DNA from: an uncultured Chloroflexia bacterium
GTDB lineage: Bacteria > Chloroflexota > Chloroflexia > Thermomicrobiales > UBA6265
NCBI GenBank assembly: GCA_963724295.1
Contig: CAVRUC010000013.1
Span: 64,001-128,000, forward strand
Length of the DNA stretch: 64,000 bases
Direction: 5' to 3'
The notes under the pieces are model-generated. The model saw only the letters and a list, made by a program, of their open reading frames with translations. It was not told the origin of the DNA and made no database searches. Positions 49,901 through 59,747 of the stretch are shown here, piece by piece. How positions within the stretch are numbered: the stretch's first letter is position 1; each line of letters opens with the position of its first letter. The translations under genes and the position numbers were made by a program.

Positions 49901-49926
49901 GGGTCGTCCACCCGGGTGGACGACCC
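49901..49926. repeat. Perfect 26-bp palindrome
   Basis: gggtcgtccaccc gggtggacgaccc, with no loop. Confidence 0.9.
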
Positions 49927-50073
49927 TCATCCCCAAGACGGCCCCTCATCCCCGGCCCTTCTCCCCTCGGAGCGGGGAGAAGGGAGCCCGCCTCGCCGAG
50001 CAGCGAGCCCCTCGCCCAGCGCACTGGGAGAGGGGTTGGGGTGAGGGCGTCTTGAGAGGGGTTGAGGGTGAGG
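49924..50073. repeat. REP/REPIN-like element of the CCCTCAYCCC...CTCCC/GGGAGAGGG type
   Basis: Two inner hairpins (cccttctcccc/ggggagaaggg; ccctcgcccag/ctgggagaggg) enclosed by caagacg..ccctcatcccc/ggggtgaggg.cgtcttg. Confidence 0.75.
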
Positions 50074-50217
50074 CCCAGTGTCATGGTGCTAGCGTTCACT
50101 CGTCTTGCGATCGGCCCTTGGACAAATTCCTGCGGTAATTAGCACCACCAGAGCGGGCGAGGAGGGAATCGTGGGCGAAGCAACGACTCAGCAGATATCG
50201 GCGACGAGGACCTATCC

Positions 50218-50676
50218 GTGATCGACCGCGAAGACGTACCGGCTCCCGGATTCACAACCTCGCCCTGGAGTCCGGTGGGGATCGCCACGCTCCACGCAGC
50301 CGGCCGCGATATGCGGTCTGCTCTCGAAGCGGGTCTCCGTGCGGTGCTGGCGCTTACAGTAACCATGCCCCAAGTGCCTCTCGATACCGCACGCTCGGCA
50401 CCGATTCACGGCGAGGGTGATGAGCTCGGGAGTCTGTTCGCCGATCTGGCAGAGGACCTGCTGGGGCAGATCGAGTTCTTCGGCAGCGGCCTGCACGACG
50501 TCATGCTCGATGGCGTGCTGCGCCGGGAGGATGGCGGCTACGTCGCCTGGGGATATGCCTCGGGAACGCTCGAGGCGGCGCCTCCAGGCGAGGTTCCGCG
50601 ACTTGTAGGCACGCCATCAGCGAGCGAAGAGGGGCAGCAAGGCGTCATCCTGCATGCGACGCTTCAGCGGCCCTGA
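50218..50676 (+). CDS. Archease-like (SHS2) protein, divergent
   Basis: L.A.G.D..SALEAGL.A, I.GEGDEL..LF.DL..DLL pattern resembles archease; the HTAD and KA.TYH/DI motifs are absent. Confidence 0.5.
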   Translation: MIDREDVPAPGFTTSPWSPVGIATLHAAGRDMRSALEAGLRAVLALTVTMPQVPLDTARSAPIHGEGDELGSLFADLAEDLLGQIEFFGSGLHDVMLDGVLRREDGGYVAWGYASGTLEAAPPGEVPRLVGTPSASEEGQQGVILHATLQRP

Positions 50677-50894
50677 ACCTCTGACGCTTGCACAGCATTG
50701 CTTCTCGAACCTGCCATCGAGATCATGGTGCTCTTGACAGGCAAATTGGTTGCTGGCTGATGCGAGGACGATCAGGCCGGCGATTTTTCGACGCCAAACC
50801 CGAGCGCCATTGCGGCGTACGCTTCGATCGAGAACATCGACTAGGCCGGCGCTGGCGCCAGTGAATTAATTCGGGCCCTCGATCGCCGGTGCGC

Positions 50895-51131
50895 TCATTC
50901 CGCGTCGGTTTCCGCGTCCACATCTTCCGCCACGATCTCCCGCGCCCGGGCGAGATCGTCCTGGCGCACATAGAGATCGTGGGCGAATGTCGCCACGGAG
51001 CCCCAGCCACCAGCCCCGGGCCCCCCGGGCCGCACCAGCACCGGGATACCAGCGTCGACCAGCACGTCCTCCCAGAAGCGGGCCATCGGCTCATTGGGGG
51101 AGGTCATCAGAAAGACAATGTCATCGCTCAC
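50895..51131 (-). CDS. DUF2007 family small protein
   Basis: NE..A......L.DAGIP.LV and LYV..DD..RAREI pattern. Confidence 0.75.
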   Translation of the reverse strand: MSDDIVFLMTSPNEPMARFWEDVLVDAGIPVLVRPGGPGAGGWGSVATFAHDLYVRQDDLARAREIVAEDVDAETDAE

Positions 51132-51601
51132 GACTGACCGCCTATCGTTCCTAGACCGGCATCGATCTCTGTGCGCACGAGCTCCATCGCCGTCGGCTCG
51201 ATTGCTGAGACGCCTTTATACGGTGAGTCGAGCTGGTACTCCAGCAGCAAGAGGAGCGCGACCAATGTCGCCAGGCTTGCCGTCATCAGGCCCTGGATCC
51301 AGCCATCCTCGACGGCAAAGAAACACGAAAATCCGACCGTGACGATCGCGCCGATGATGAGGGTCAGCGTCATCGCTACCGACAGTCTGTCTTCGCCAAG
51401 GAGCACCCGGCTACGGCGTGCCTCGTTGAGCGCATCAAGCTTCGAGGGAAGCGGCGTAGACCGAGTCGAAATCTTCCGCCCGTGCTCCGGCGACGTTGAC
51501 TGCCTGCCAGAGGTCGTGGATGAGCGAGGTGTGCAATGACTCAGCAACGCCAGAAGGACGGCCGCTACGATAATCAAGATGAAGGGACCGGGTCCGTTCA
51601 T
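51128..51601 (-). pseudogene. DUF4239-like membrane protein with internal deletion and frameshift
   Basis: C-terminus LNEARRSR..TM..TM..QLDSPYKG..I.P matches the family; an alternative frame encodes HDLWQAV...VYAASL; the region after TM1 is missing. Confidence 0.55.
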
Positions 51602-51858
51602 GCCTGGGAAGCGTAACGCGGCGCAGTTAAGCGGGCAACAGAAGCCCAGGAGCCGAGAAGATGATTGCCACTTGCCTTAGGCATTCAACGCCCCTTGCTG
51701 CCGGTTCGGGGAACAAATCCGCGCTGCTGCTCGCCATGCGATCATCATTGCACGCTCGTTTCTCAGTGCAGCGGGCGAGGGGCCGCGCATTCTCCGGGCG
51801 TGGAGAAGTGCCGGCCTCATGGTCGATCTCACGCGTTCAGCTCCTGGACACGAGCTGC

Positions 51859-52887
51859 ATGAGTCAAATCACCCGACCGCTACTGGCGATCACCATGGGC
51901 GATCCGGCCGGGATCGGTCCCGAGGTCGTGCTGAAGGCGCTCACCCACACGGACATCTTCGCCCTCTGCCGGCCGCTTGTCATCGGGGACCGGCGCATCC
52001 TGGAGCGGGCCGCGGGCTGGCTTGGACAGTCTCCTCAATTCGACGTCGTCGCGGAGCCCGCCCATGGGGCCTACCAGCCGGGCCAGGTGACGTTGCTCGA
52101 CATGGACAACGCATCCCCTGACCAAATCCCGGTTGGCGAGGAGACCGCCGCCGCCGGAGCGGCCGCCGTCGCCTACGTTTTCCGGGCCTGTGATCTGGCC
52201 ATGGCAGGGGAGGCCGACGCGGTCGTCACCGCGCCGCTCAACAAGGCCGCCATGCATCTGGCCGGCTACGAGTACGCCGGCCACACTGAGCTGCTGACCG
52301 AGCGGACCGGTGCGGATCGAGTCAGCATGCTCCTGATCGGTCCGAACCTGCGCATCGTCCATGTCAGCACTCACGTTGCCCTGGCGGAGGCGATCGCGCG
52401 GGTGACACCGCGGCGAGTCGAGGATGTCATCCAGATTGCCCATGATGCCTGCCGGGCGCTTGGTATCGCCCGGCCCCGGGTCGCGGTCGCCGGGCTCAAC
52501 CCCCACGCGAGCGAGGGCGGGATCTTTGGCAACGAAGAGCGCGAACGTATCGAACCAGCGATCCGCGCCGCTCGTGCCCGCGGTCTGGACGTCAGCGATC
52601 CCCAGCCTCCGGACACCGTCTTCCTGCGCGCCACCAAGGGCGCATACGATGTCGTCGTCGCCCAATACCACGATCAGGGGCACATCCCGATGAAGCTGCT
52701 GGCGTTCGACTCAGGTGTCAACGTCAGCTACGGCCTACCGATCATCCGCACGTCGGTCGACCACGGCACCGCCTTTGACATCGCCGGAAAGGGAATCGCG
52801 AAGGAATCGAGCCTCCTGGCCGCCATCGACGTCGCGCTGCAGATGGCGCATGCCCGCAATGCCAATTCCGAGCCGGCCGAGGGCTAG
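51859..52887 (+). CDS. pdxA: 4-hydroxythreonine-4-phosphate dehydrogenase family (PdxA2-like, sugar-acid catabolism)
   Basis: ITMGDPAGIGPE, TAPLNK, GHTE, AGLNPHA, QYHDQGHIP.K, RTSVDHGTAFDIAG motifs. Confidence 0.93.
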   Translation: MSQITRPLLAITMGDPAGIGPEVVLKALTHTDIFALCRPLVIGDRRILERAAGWLGQSPQFDVVAEPAHGAYQPGQVTLLDMDNASPDQIPVGEETAAAGAAAVAYVFRACDLAMAGEADAVVTAPLNKAAMHLAGYEYAGHTELLTERTGADRVSMLLIGPNLRIVHVSTHVALAEAIARVTPRRVEDVIQIAHDACRALGIARPRVAVAGLNPHASEGGIFGNEERERIEPAIRAARARGLDVSDPQPPDTVFLRATKGAYDVVVAQYHDQGHIPMKLLAFDSGVNVSYGLPIIRTSVDHGTAFDIAGKGIAKESSLLAAIDVALQMAHARNANSEPAEG

Positions 52888-52893
52888 CGCGCC

Positions 52894-53142
52894 ATGTCGC
52901 AGCTGGTGATCGTGGCCGACGATCTGACCGGCGCCGCCGACACCGGCGCCTGCTTTGCCAGCGCGGGATTTGCCACGGTCGTCCCGCTCTCGAGCACCAC
53001 GATCCCGAACGCGGACGTTGTTGTGATCTCGACGGAAAGCCGGGATCTGGACCAGACCGCGGCCGCGGAGGCCGTCCGCTCGGCGCTGATCCCGATCGTC
53101 GGCGATCGGGGAGATGCGGAACCGCGGTGGATCTACAGCTAG
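52894..53142 (+). pseudogene. N-terminal fragment of a four-carbon acid sugar kinase (DUF1537/DtnK family)
   Basis: IVADDLTGAADTG and ISTESR motifs; stops at RWIYS*, exactly where YKK.DSTLRG is expected. Confidence 0.85.
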
Positions 53143-53562
53143 ATCCCTACACAATATGCGTGACATGAATGACCGGTTGTCAAACTTGGCTTCCGTCTGG
53201 TGCCCTGCCAAGTGGTCCGGCGATACCCCTCGTGGTACTGGAAGCAATCAGTGCTCGGTCGTCCTCCGTTGGACCTATCGCGAGAACGAAACAGCTGCGC
53301 ACGCCGTCGATTGACCAACTTCACTGCTGGCTGCCCGCAATGTCAGGTACAGGTGCACACAACCGATTGGGTCCGGGGTGCGCTGATGGGGATTGAGATG
53401 CTCAATCACCCCGAAACAGCTGCACTTCGATACTAAAGTCGTCCGTCGGCGCGTCCATCACCATTCCTCTTCAAGCATGCTGAGCCGCCATGTAGCAGCC
53501 GCGACCCGCGTGCCTCCCGGAACTACGCGCAGTACTCACCAACTGAGTCAAAGCACACAAGG

Positions 53563-54226
53563 CTGAGGCATCTCACCTTGCTGAGGTGCGTCGTCACCGT
53601 TGATGCCATCAGGTGTCAAACCGAGATTGCGGCACAGATCGTTGCGCAGAGGGCCGATGATGTGCTGGCGAAGGCAAATCAGCCCACGTTACATCAGGCA
53701 GTAATGGTGGTCTTCGTCGAGGGGCGGGCCAGCGGGTTCGTCGCCGGCCACCACTGACCATCGGCGCACGGTCGAGAAGGACCACGGCCGCATCGACGTG
53801 CGGTAGCCCTGGACGGTCGACGATCCGGAGATCCTGGCGTATCTCGATCTCCCAGGCGCTTGACGGACGCTGCGCAGCGTCGGCATGGTCGTCGCCGAGC
53901 CGCGTAGCGGGTCCCGCGCAAGCGCATCATTCCGCTACTATCTCAGGAGCTTGCCCGACGATGCCGCGCCGCTCGGCGATGCCGTGCGCGCCCACTGGAG
54001 AATTGAGAAGAGCGTGCATTGGGTCCTCGAAATCGCCGTCCGTGTGGACGAGAGCGCGTCCGCCAGGGTAATGCCGACTAGAATCCATCGGTTCTGCGTC
54101 GCTCGTCCTCAATCTGCTGCGTCAGGGACCGATCGCCATGATGGCATCAAGGCCGAACGCCTCAGAGCCGGCTGGGGCTACCCCTATCTGCTTCGAGTCA
54201 TCGAACCATAATATGTGATTACCTTG
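53563..54226 (+). mobile_element. Degenerate ISAs1-family insertion sequence (3' part of the transposase plus right end)
   Basis: Fragments VVTVDA..CQTEIA.QI....D.VLA.K.NQ, EKDHGRIDVR*, RYYL.SL, VRAHW.IE..VHWVL, GIKA.RLRAGW across frames; atgtgattaccttg resembles a decayed ISAs1 end (...CCCTG). Confidence 0.85.
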
Positions 54227-54483
54227 GTGCCATTCCTGATTTCCGACTCCGACGGACCCGGGATCTGAAACTGAGTTGGATTGTCTGCGCACCAGACTCG
54301 TGATCTATGCTGATGAGCCCGCTGGTCCAACTTAGCAGTGCCGTGACGTCTCTACTAGGGCTTTCACTCTGATACGGGCTGTCCAATTGAAACCCCGATG
54401 CCACACCGCATGCGTCCATCAGTGGCGAGAGGCAACGACAATTGGTCTCAATGGTATAATCAACATCCTCACGTTCACATGAT

Positions 54484-56841
54484 GTGAACAACTTAGGGAA
54501 GGCAGTGCCAATGGCGGCATCGGCACGTGCTCCGCTTGCTCCGTTGATCGGCCGCGAGGACGAGCGCGCCTTTGTGCGATCTGCACTCGGTCGGCGGAAT
54601 TCTCGTTTCCTCACGCTGACCGGACCCGGGGGCATCGGGAAAACTCGCCTGGCGCTGGAACTCACGGCCGAACTGGCGTCCGAATACGACGATGGCGCTC
54701 ACATTGTGTATCTGGGAGGGTTGGCCGACCCTGTGTTGGTCCTTCCTGCTATCGCGCGGACGATTGGGCTGCACGGCGATGGATCTTCCCCTAGTGCGGA
54801 GCGCCTTCACGCGACGCTTGCGTCGGCGAAGATGCTCCTGACGCTCGACCACCTCGAGCAGGCCTCCGTGGTCACACCCGAGTTGGAGCAGCTGCTCCAG
54901 GCCTGCCCAGGGCTCCAGATCCTGGTCACCAACCGGACGCCACTGCGAGCCGCAGACGAGCAGGTCCTGCAGGTGCCGCCGCTACAGACCCCGGACTTGT
55001 CGCGGCCGCCCTCGCTCGCCGAGCTTCGCCAGAACGAGGCGGTCAGGCTGCTCGTGCAGCGAGTTCGCGTCACCGATCCAGGCTTCACGGTGACGCAGGC
55101 CAATGCTCCGGATATTGCGGCCATCTGCGCCCGTCTCGAGGGAGTGCCAATGGCGATTGAGCTCGCCGCGTTGCAGCTTCGGGTGGTATCGCCCGCGGTC
55201 CTCCGGAAGCGCCTCGCCGCCTCATTGACGGTGCTCACCAAGGATGAGCCTGACCTACCGCGGCACCAATTGACGCTCCGGGCGTCGCTGGTCTGGAGTG
55301 AAAACCTCCTACACCCTTCGCATCGAGCTATCTTCCATCGACTGTCGGTGTTCGCGGGAGGGTTTGACGCTGCGGCGGCTGAGGTAGTCTGTGCCGGGTC
55401 GATGGGTGGTGAGACGCTGAGCGCACAGGTGCTCGACGGGTTGGTCAAGCTGACCGACCACGGTCTCCTGAATCGAGAGATCGTGGCTGGTGAACTACGT
55501 TTCACGATACCGGAGACTATTTGCGAGTATGCGCTGGAAGGTCTTGAGGCGAGCGGTGAGGCGGAGACGGCGCGCCGCCGTCATGCCACGTACTTTCTAA
55601 CACTCGCCGAGGACGCCGCGCCGGCGCTTCTGGGACCGGACCAGGAGGCATGGCTGGTGCGGCTCGAAAGCGAACACGACAACCTGCGGGCGGCGTTGCG
55701 ATGGTCGCTGGCGCATGATCTCGCCCTGTCATTGCGACTGGCGGCGGCGCTCTGGCGATTTTGGTCCGCGCATGGGTATATCCAGGAGGGGCGGCGCTGG
55801 CTGGAGCGCACCCTCGATACAGGCGCGGCAGAGAGCACGATCGTGCGGGTGCGCGCTCTCAATGGCCTGGGCGTGCTGGTCTGGACAGGCGGTGATCACG
55901 ACCGGGCGCGGGATCTGCAGAATGCCAGCTTGACACTGGCGCGGGAGATCGGTGACTCATGGGGGGTAGCGGCTGCGCGGGGCGACCTAGCTATTATTGA
56001 GTTCGATCAGAATGGTGATGCGGCGCGCGCCCGTGAGGTCACCGAGGACGTGCTGCGCCAGTTCCAGGTGCTTGGCGACCGCTACTCGGAAGGGATCGCC
56101 CTCACGACGCTTGGCAACATCGCCTGCCGCCAGGGGGACCTCGCTGCAGCGACCTCCAGATTCCAGGAGGCCCTGACCATTGCCCGGGAATCCGGCGACA
56201 CCTATGCTGTAGAACTCAGCCTCTGTAATCTCGCTCTGGCGTCGCGGCTCAATGGCGACGTTGATGAGGCAGCCGCCTCCTATGTGGAAGCGCTGAAGCT
56301 CGCTCACCGCCTCGGCCATTCCGAGGATCTCCTCTACTGCCTGGCCGGAATCGGCGGTGTCGAAGTTGCGCGCGGGCGGTTCGAGAGTGCCGCGCGGCTC
56401 CTCGGTGCGGCGGCAACGATGGCAGAGGTGGTGGGGACGCCCTTGCAATCGCTCGAGCAGGAACAATTCGACCGTGACACTGCAGCGGCCCGGGCCGCCT
56501 TGCCTGACCCAACGTTCGTGCATGCCTGGAATTTGGGTCGAGCGCTTTCACTCGACGCGGTGGTGGCGGAGGTCTTGGATGCTCCCGACCCGGTGAGCCG
56601 CGCCAGCCTCAACCACGGCTTGAGTGACCGCGAGATCGAAGTGCTACGGCTGCTCGTCAGGGGTATGTCGGACCGGGAAATCGCCGCGGCGTTGTTCATC
56701 AGTCCGGGAACGGCCACGACCCACGTCCGGAATATTCGCGGCAAACTGGGCGTGCGCTCCCGTGGTGCCGCTGCCGCGTTGGCAATCCGTCATGGCATTG
56801 CAGGAGATCGCCGACGGCATCTTCGTCGTTCGGAAGACTGA
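54484..56841 (+). CDS. STAND-type (NB-ARC ATPase, TPR, LuxR HTH) transcriptional regulator
   Basis: PLIGRE, Walker A GPGGIGKT, LEG.P.AIELAA, RLSVFAGGF, EHDNLRAAL, TPR helices, LSDRE.EVL...HVRNI..KLG motifs. Confidence 0.9.
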   Translation: MNNLGKAVPMAASARAPLAPLIGREDERAFVRSALGRRNSRFLTLTGPGGIGKTRLALELTAELASEYDDGAHIVYLGGLADPVLVLPAIARTIGLHGDGSSPSAERLHATLASAKMLLTLDHLEQASVVTPELEQLLQACPGLQILVTNRTPLRAADEQVLQVPPLQTPDLSRPPSLAELRQNEAVRLLVQRVRVTDPGFTVTQANAPDIAAICARLEGVPMAIELAALQLRVVSPAVLRKRLAASLTVLTKDEPDLPRHQLTLRASLVWSENLLHPSHRAIFHRLSVFAGGFDAAAAEVVCAGSMGGETLSAQVLDGLVKLTDHGLLNREIVAGELRFTIPETICEYALEGLEASGEAETARRRHATYFLTLAEDAAPALLGPDQEAWLVRLESEHDNLRAALRWSLAHDLALSLRLAAALWRFWSAHGYIQEGRRWLERTLDTGAAESTIVRVRALNGLGVLVWTGGDHDRARDLQNASLTLAREIGDSWGVAAARGDLAIIEFDQNGDAARAREVTEDVLRQFQVLGDRYSEGIALTTLGNIACRQGDLAAATSRFQEALTIARESGDTYAVELSLCNLALASRLNGDVDEAAASYVEALKLAHRLGHSEDLLYCLAGIGGVEVARGRFESAARLLGAAATMAEVVGTPLQSLEQEQFDRDTAAARAALPDPTFVHAWNLGRALSLDAVVAEVLDAPDPVSRASLNHGLSDREIEVLRLLVRGMSDREIAAALFISPGTATTHVRNIRGKLGVRSRGAAAALAIRHGIAGDRRRHLRRSED

Positions 56842-57361
56842 ACCGCTCCGTGCGCCCCGCTAGATTGACCTTTTGACGCGAACTCGGTGAGCTATACCTA
56901 TGGCTACCGGCTACTGCCTGGCCGATCCGCGGATCGTCTTGGGCAACAGTCGGCTGGCGGATGGCACCCACGCGGTGCAGCCCTCCGCCGATCCCAAGAA
57001 CCTGCTCGCCGAAGGTGAGGACGCGACGATCTCCGTCTCGCTGTACGCGAAATGGGGATCAAGAATTTCCTTTTGCAGACCACCACGGACGTAATATTCC
57101 ACGCGAACGTGGTCGCCCCCGGCACCGCCGACCCCTCCTCCATATCGGGGCTGACCCGCATGCGCGGGCATCGGGACGGTAAGGAACAGACGAAGTTATA
57201 AATCCTGATTGGATGTTCTCAAGTGGCACGGGCCGAATACCATGAGAATTTAATAATGAGGGGAATTCTTGCCAAGGCGCGCTCGGAAATTACCTATTAC
57301 TAGGTATGGTCATACCAGCTTCAAAGGACTACATCTAAACCACACAACAACCGAGGGAGTT

Positions 57362-58297
57362 ATGGAGACTCACCCCGCTGATGTGGTCTCTAATCGAGTG
57401 CCGTTCATCGGCGGCGATGTCGATGACGAATGGGAACGTGTTGAAAAAACCATGCCAATTCTAGAATCGGCTGAGGCTTTAGGACGCACCCGGCTCCCGG
57501 CTCGTCTGGTCCACTTGCCGGGGCCGGCCCTGGAGAGTGCTACTGACGACGTGGTCATCCTGCCCTTCCCTGCCTCGGCATTGCCTTCAGATGCGCAAAT
57601 TTCGGCTCGCCTCAGCGAGTTAGCAGTTCTCAAGGCCGACTTCACCGCAATGGTCGCCCATGAGCTTGCCTCGCCCATCGCCGCGATCCGCATCCTTGTG
57701 GATATGCTCGCAACGGGAGAACTTTCGCCAGAGGCGCAAAGCCAGGCGCTGGCCACAATTGGTGCGCAGACGGATGTGCTCAAGACCCTGGTCTCTGACC
57801 TGCAATCTGCCGCGACCGCCGAGCGCGATGATTTCGTCGTCCAGTTGCGCCCGATACGGATCAGTGACTTGCTGGTCGCGGCGGCCGTGTTCACTTACAC
57901 GCTGCCGGGCGAGCACCCGATGACCACAGAGATTACCGGCCTAGATCGGGTGCTGGCTGACCAGGAGCGGATCGGGCAGGTGCTCCGCAACCTCATCGAA
58001 AACGCGGCCAAGTATTCGCCCATTGGTGCCCCCATCGAGCTGCGTGCCACCCCGCGGGGGAGACGGATTCGGATCGAGGTCGCTGACCGCGGTCCCGGAA
58101 TCCCCCCCCATGCTCAGCGACGCATCTTCGAGAAGTTTGAGCGGGGACGTGACGAGCGGGGAGAGCGGGTGCCCGGTGTCGGTCTCGGGCTGTACTTATC
58201 GCGGCGTCTGGTGCAGATGCATGGCAGTGAGCTGACGGTGGAGCCGAGACCCGGCGGCGGGTCGACGTTCGCCTTCGAGTTGGAGCTCGTCCGGTGA
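57362..58297 (+). CDS. Cytoplasmic histidine kinase (HisKA plus HATPase_c) with no recognisable sensor domain
   Basis: H-box AHELASP, N-box NLIENAAKYS, DRGPGI, GLGLYL, GSTF motifs; no TM; RBS gaggga. Confidence 0.9.
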   Translation: METHPADVVSNRVPFIGGDVDDEWERVEKTMPILESAEALGRTRLPARLVHLPGPALESATDDVVILPFPASALPSDAQISARLSELAVLKADFTAMVAHELASPIAAIRILVDMLATGELSPEAQSQALATIGAQTDVLKTLVSDLQSAATAERDDFVVQLRPIRISDLLVAAAVFTYTLPGEHPMTTEITGLDRVLADQERIGQVLRNLIENAAKYSPIGAPIELRATPRGRRIRIEVADRGPGIPPHAQRRIFEKFERGRDERGERVPGVGLGLYLSRRLVQMHGSELTVEPRPGGGSTFAFELELVR

Positions 58298-58410
58298 TCC
58301 AGGTCTTGTTCCATAACGCTGAACGAGGGAAACAGGGAATCGAATGCTATCTTCCGTCCCCCACTGGAGGCGGCCAGCCGGCATCGCTGGGGGCGATGAC
58401 CTGGCCTAGC

Positions 58411-58461
58411 TCATTTGAGTTAGGGAAACACGCCTCAATTGAGTTAGGGAAACATGCTTCA
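58411..58461 (+). promoter_or_regulatory. 24-bp-period direct repeat, candidate regulator binding sites
   Basis: tcatttgagttagggaaacacgcc tcaattgagttagggaaacatgct; related copy ctcgattgagctagggaaa at 60538-60556. Confidence 0.6.
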
Positions 58462-58789
58462 TATGAGGGACGAGCAAATGACGTTCATGATCTATGCTCA
58501 GAGCATCTGAGAGTCAGATGTACAACTGCTGAGGTAGCGCGGCCGACCGTGGGGGGGCCGTCTATGACGGTTGCTCGATCCTAGTTTCTCTCAATCGATA
58601 CGACGGGGTGGGGCCAGCGCGGCTAACGATGGCACCCCACCCGCGTCAAACCACCTGGGCATCCCCTGGAGGGCGCCTGGAGGTTGCGTGAGTATAGCGT
58701 CTCCTCTCGGGAGTCCCGCGACCTTCCGGTGCGCCTTCGGGGTTCATTAGAGTGCGGCCACAGCAGTGCCGCGGCTTGGAGAACCACCG

Positions 58790-59641
58790 ATGGTCGAACT
58801 GGCCTACGACGCCGTTCCAATTCCACGGATCGCCGCAGACCCCTCTCCTGAGTGGGATGATGACCGGCCAGAGCCGGTCCCCCATTGGGAACGTGTTCAA
58901 TCGCGGCCGCGCGCGGTCTGCCCAACCCGGAAAGACCGCGCATCGACCCACCATGAGCGGGTCGGGCAGGAGATCCGGGTGGTGCTGGTCGATGACCACC
59001 TCTCGTTCCGGCAGCCCCTGGCCTTCATGCTGATGCGGGAGGCGGACATCACCATCATCGGGCAAGCCGGAACAGTGGCCGACGCCCGTCCACTCCTGCC
59101 TCAGGCGGACATCGCCCTCATCGACCTGGATCTGCCGGACGGGGAGGGCGTAGAGCTGATCCACGACCTGCGCTCCATCAATCCCCAGGCCATTGCCTTA
59201 CTGCTGACGGCGAGCGCCAGCAACGTCGCGATGGCCCGCGCGGTGGAGGCGGGAGCCGCCGGCGTCCTGCACAAGACACGCTCTGTCAGCGAGATCACCG
59301 ACGCGATTCGCCGCGTGCATGCGGGGGAGCCGCTGTTGTCGGTGCGCGAAACGATCGAGATGCTTCGGTTCGTCGGCCAGCACCGGGAGCGCAACCGCGC
59401 GGCGCAGGTGGCAATCGGCCAGCTAACCCAACGCGAGAAGGAGGTGCTGGCGGCGCTGGGCCACGGCCTCCACGACCGCGAGATCGCCGAGCGCCTGCAC
59501 ATCCAGACGGAGACGGTGCGGACACACATGGTCAACCTCCTGCGCAAAATTGACGTCGATTCGCGGCTCCAGGCCCTCGTATTTGCGGTGAAGTACGGCC
59601 TCATCGACCTCCAGCACGGGAACGACGATGACGGCCGCTGA
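58790..59641 (+). CDS. NarL/FixJ-family response regulator (REC plus LuxR HTH) with N-terminal extension
   Basis: VLVDDH, LIDLDLPD, LLTA, LHK, LTQREKEVL, TVRTHM.NL..K motifs. Confidence 0.92.
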   Translation: MVELAYDAVPIPRIAADPSPEWDDDRPEPVPHWERVQSRPRAVCPTRKDRASTHHERVGQEIRVVLVDDHLSFRQPLAFMLMREADITIIGQAGTVADARPLLPQADIALIDLDLPDGEGVELIHDLRSINPQAIALLLTASASNVAMARAVEAGAAGVLHKTRSVSEITDAIRRVHAGEPLLSVRETIEMLRFVGQHRERNRAAQVAIGQLTQREKEVLAALGHGLHDREIAERLHIQTETVRTHMVNLLRKIDVDSRLQALVFAVKYGLIDLQHGNDDDGR

Positions 59642-59747
59642 GGAGGGACACGGCCCGACACACTCGCCGACGAAAACCGGGGCGTCTCGGTGACCCAACC
59701 TGCTCGGCCCCTGTTTGCCGTGCCCGCCTGAGCCGATCCTCCCGCCC

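Noticed and set aside
54484..56841. Avs/NLR-like antiphage STAND protein
   Set aside because: The C-terminal LuxR HTH and absence of an N-terminal effector fit the common transcription-regulator class.
56900..57094. Short ORF with LADG...ADPKNLLAE, reminiscent of lysyl-oxidase/CARDB C-termini
   Set aside because: Too short and degenerate to call; at most a gene remnant.
58411..58461. CRISPR array
   Set aside because: Only two adjacent 24-bp units, with no unique spacers and no cas genes.
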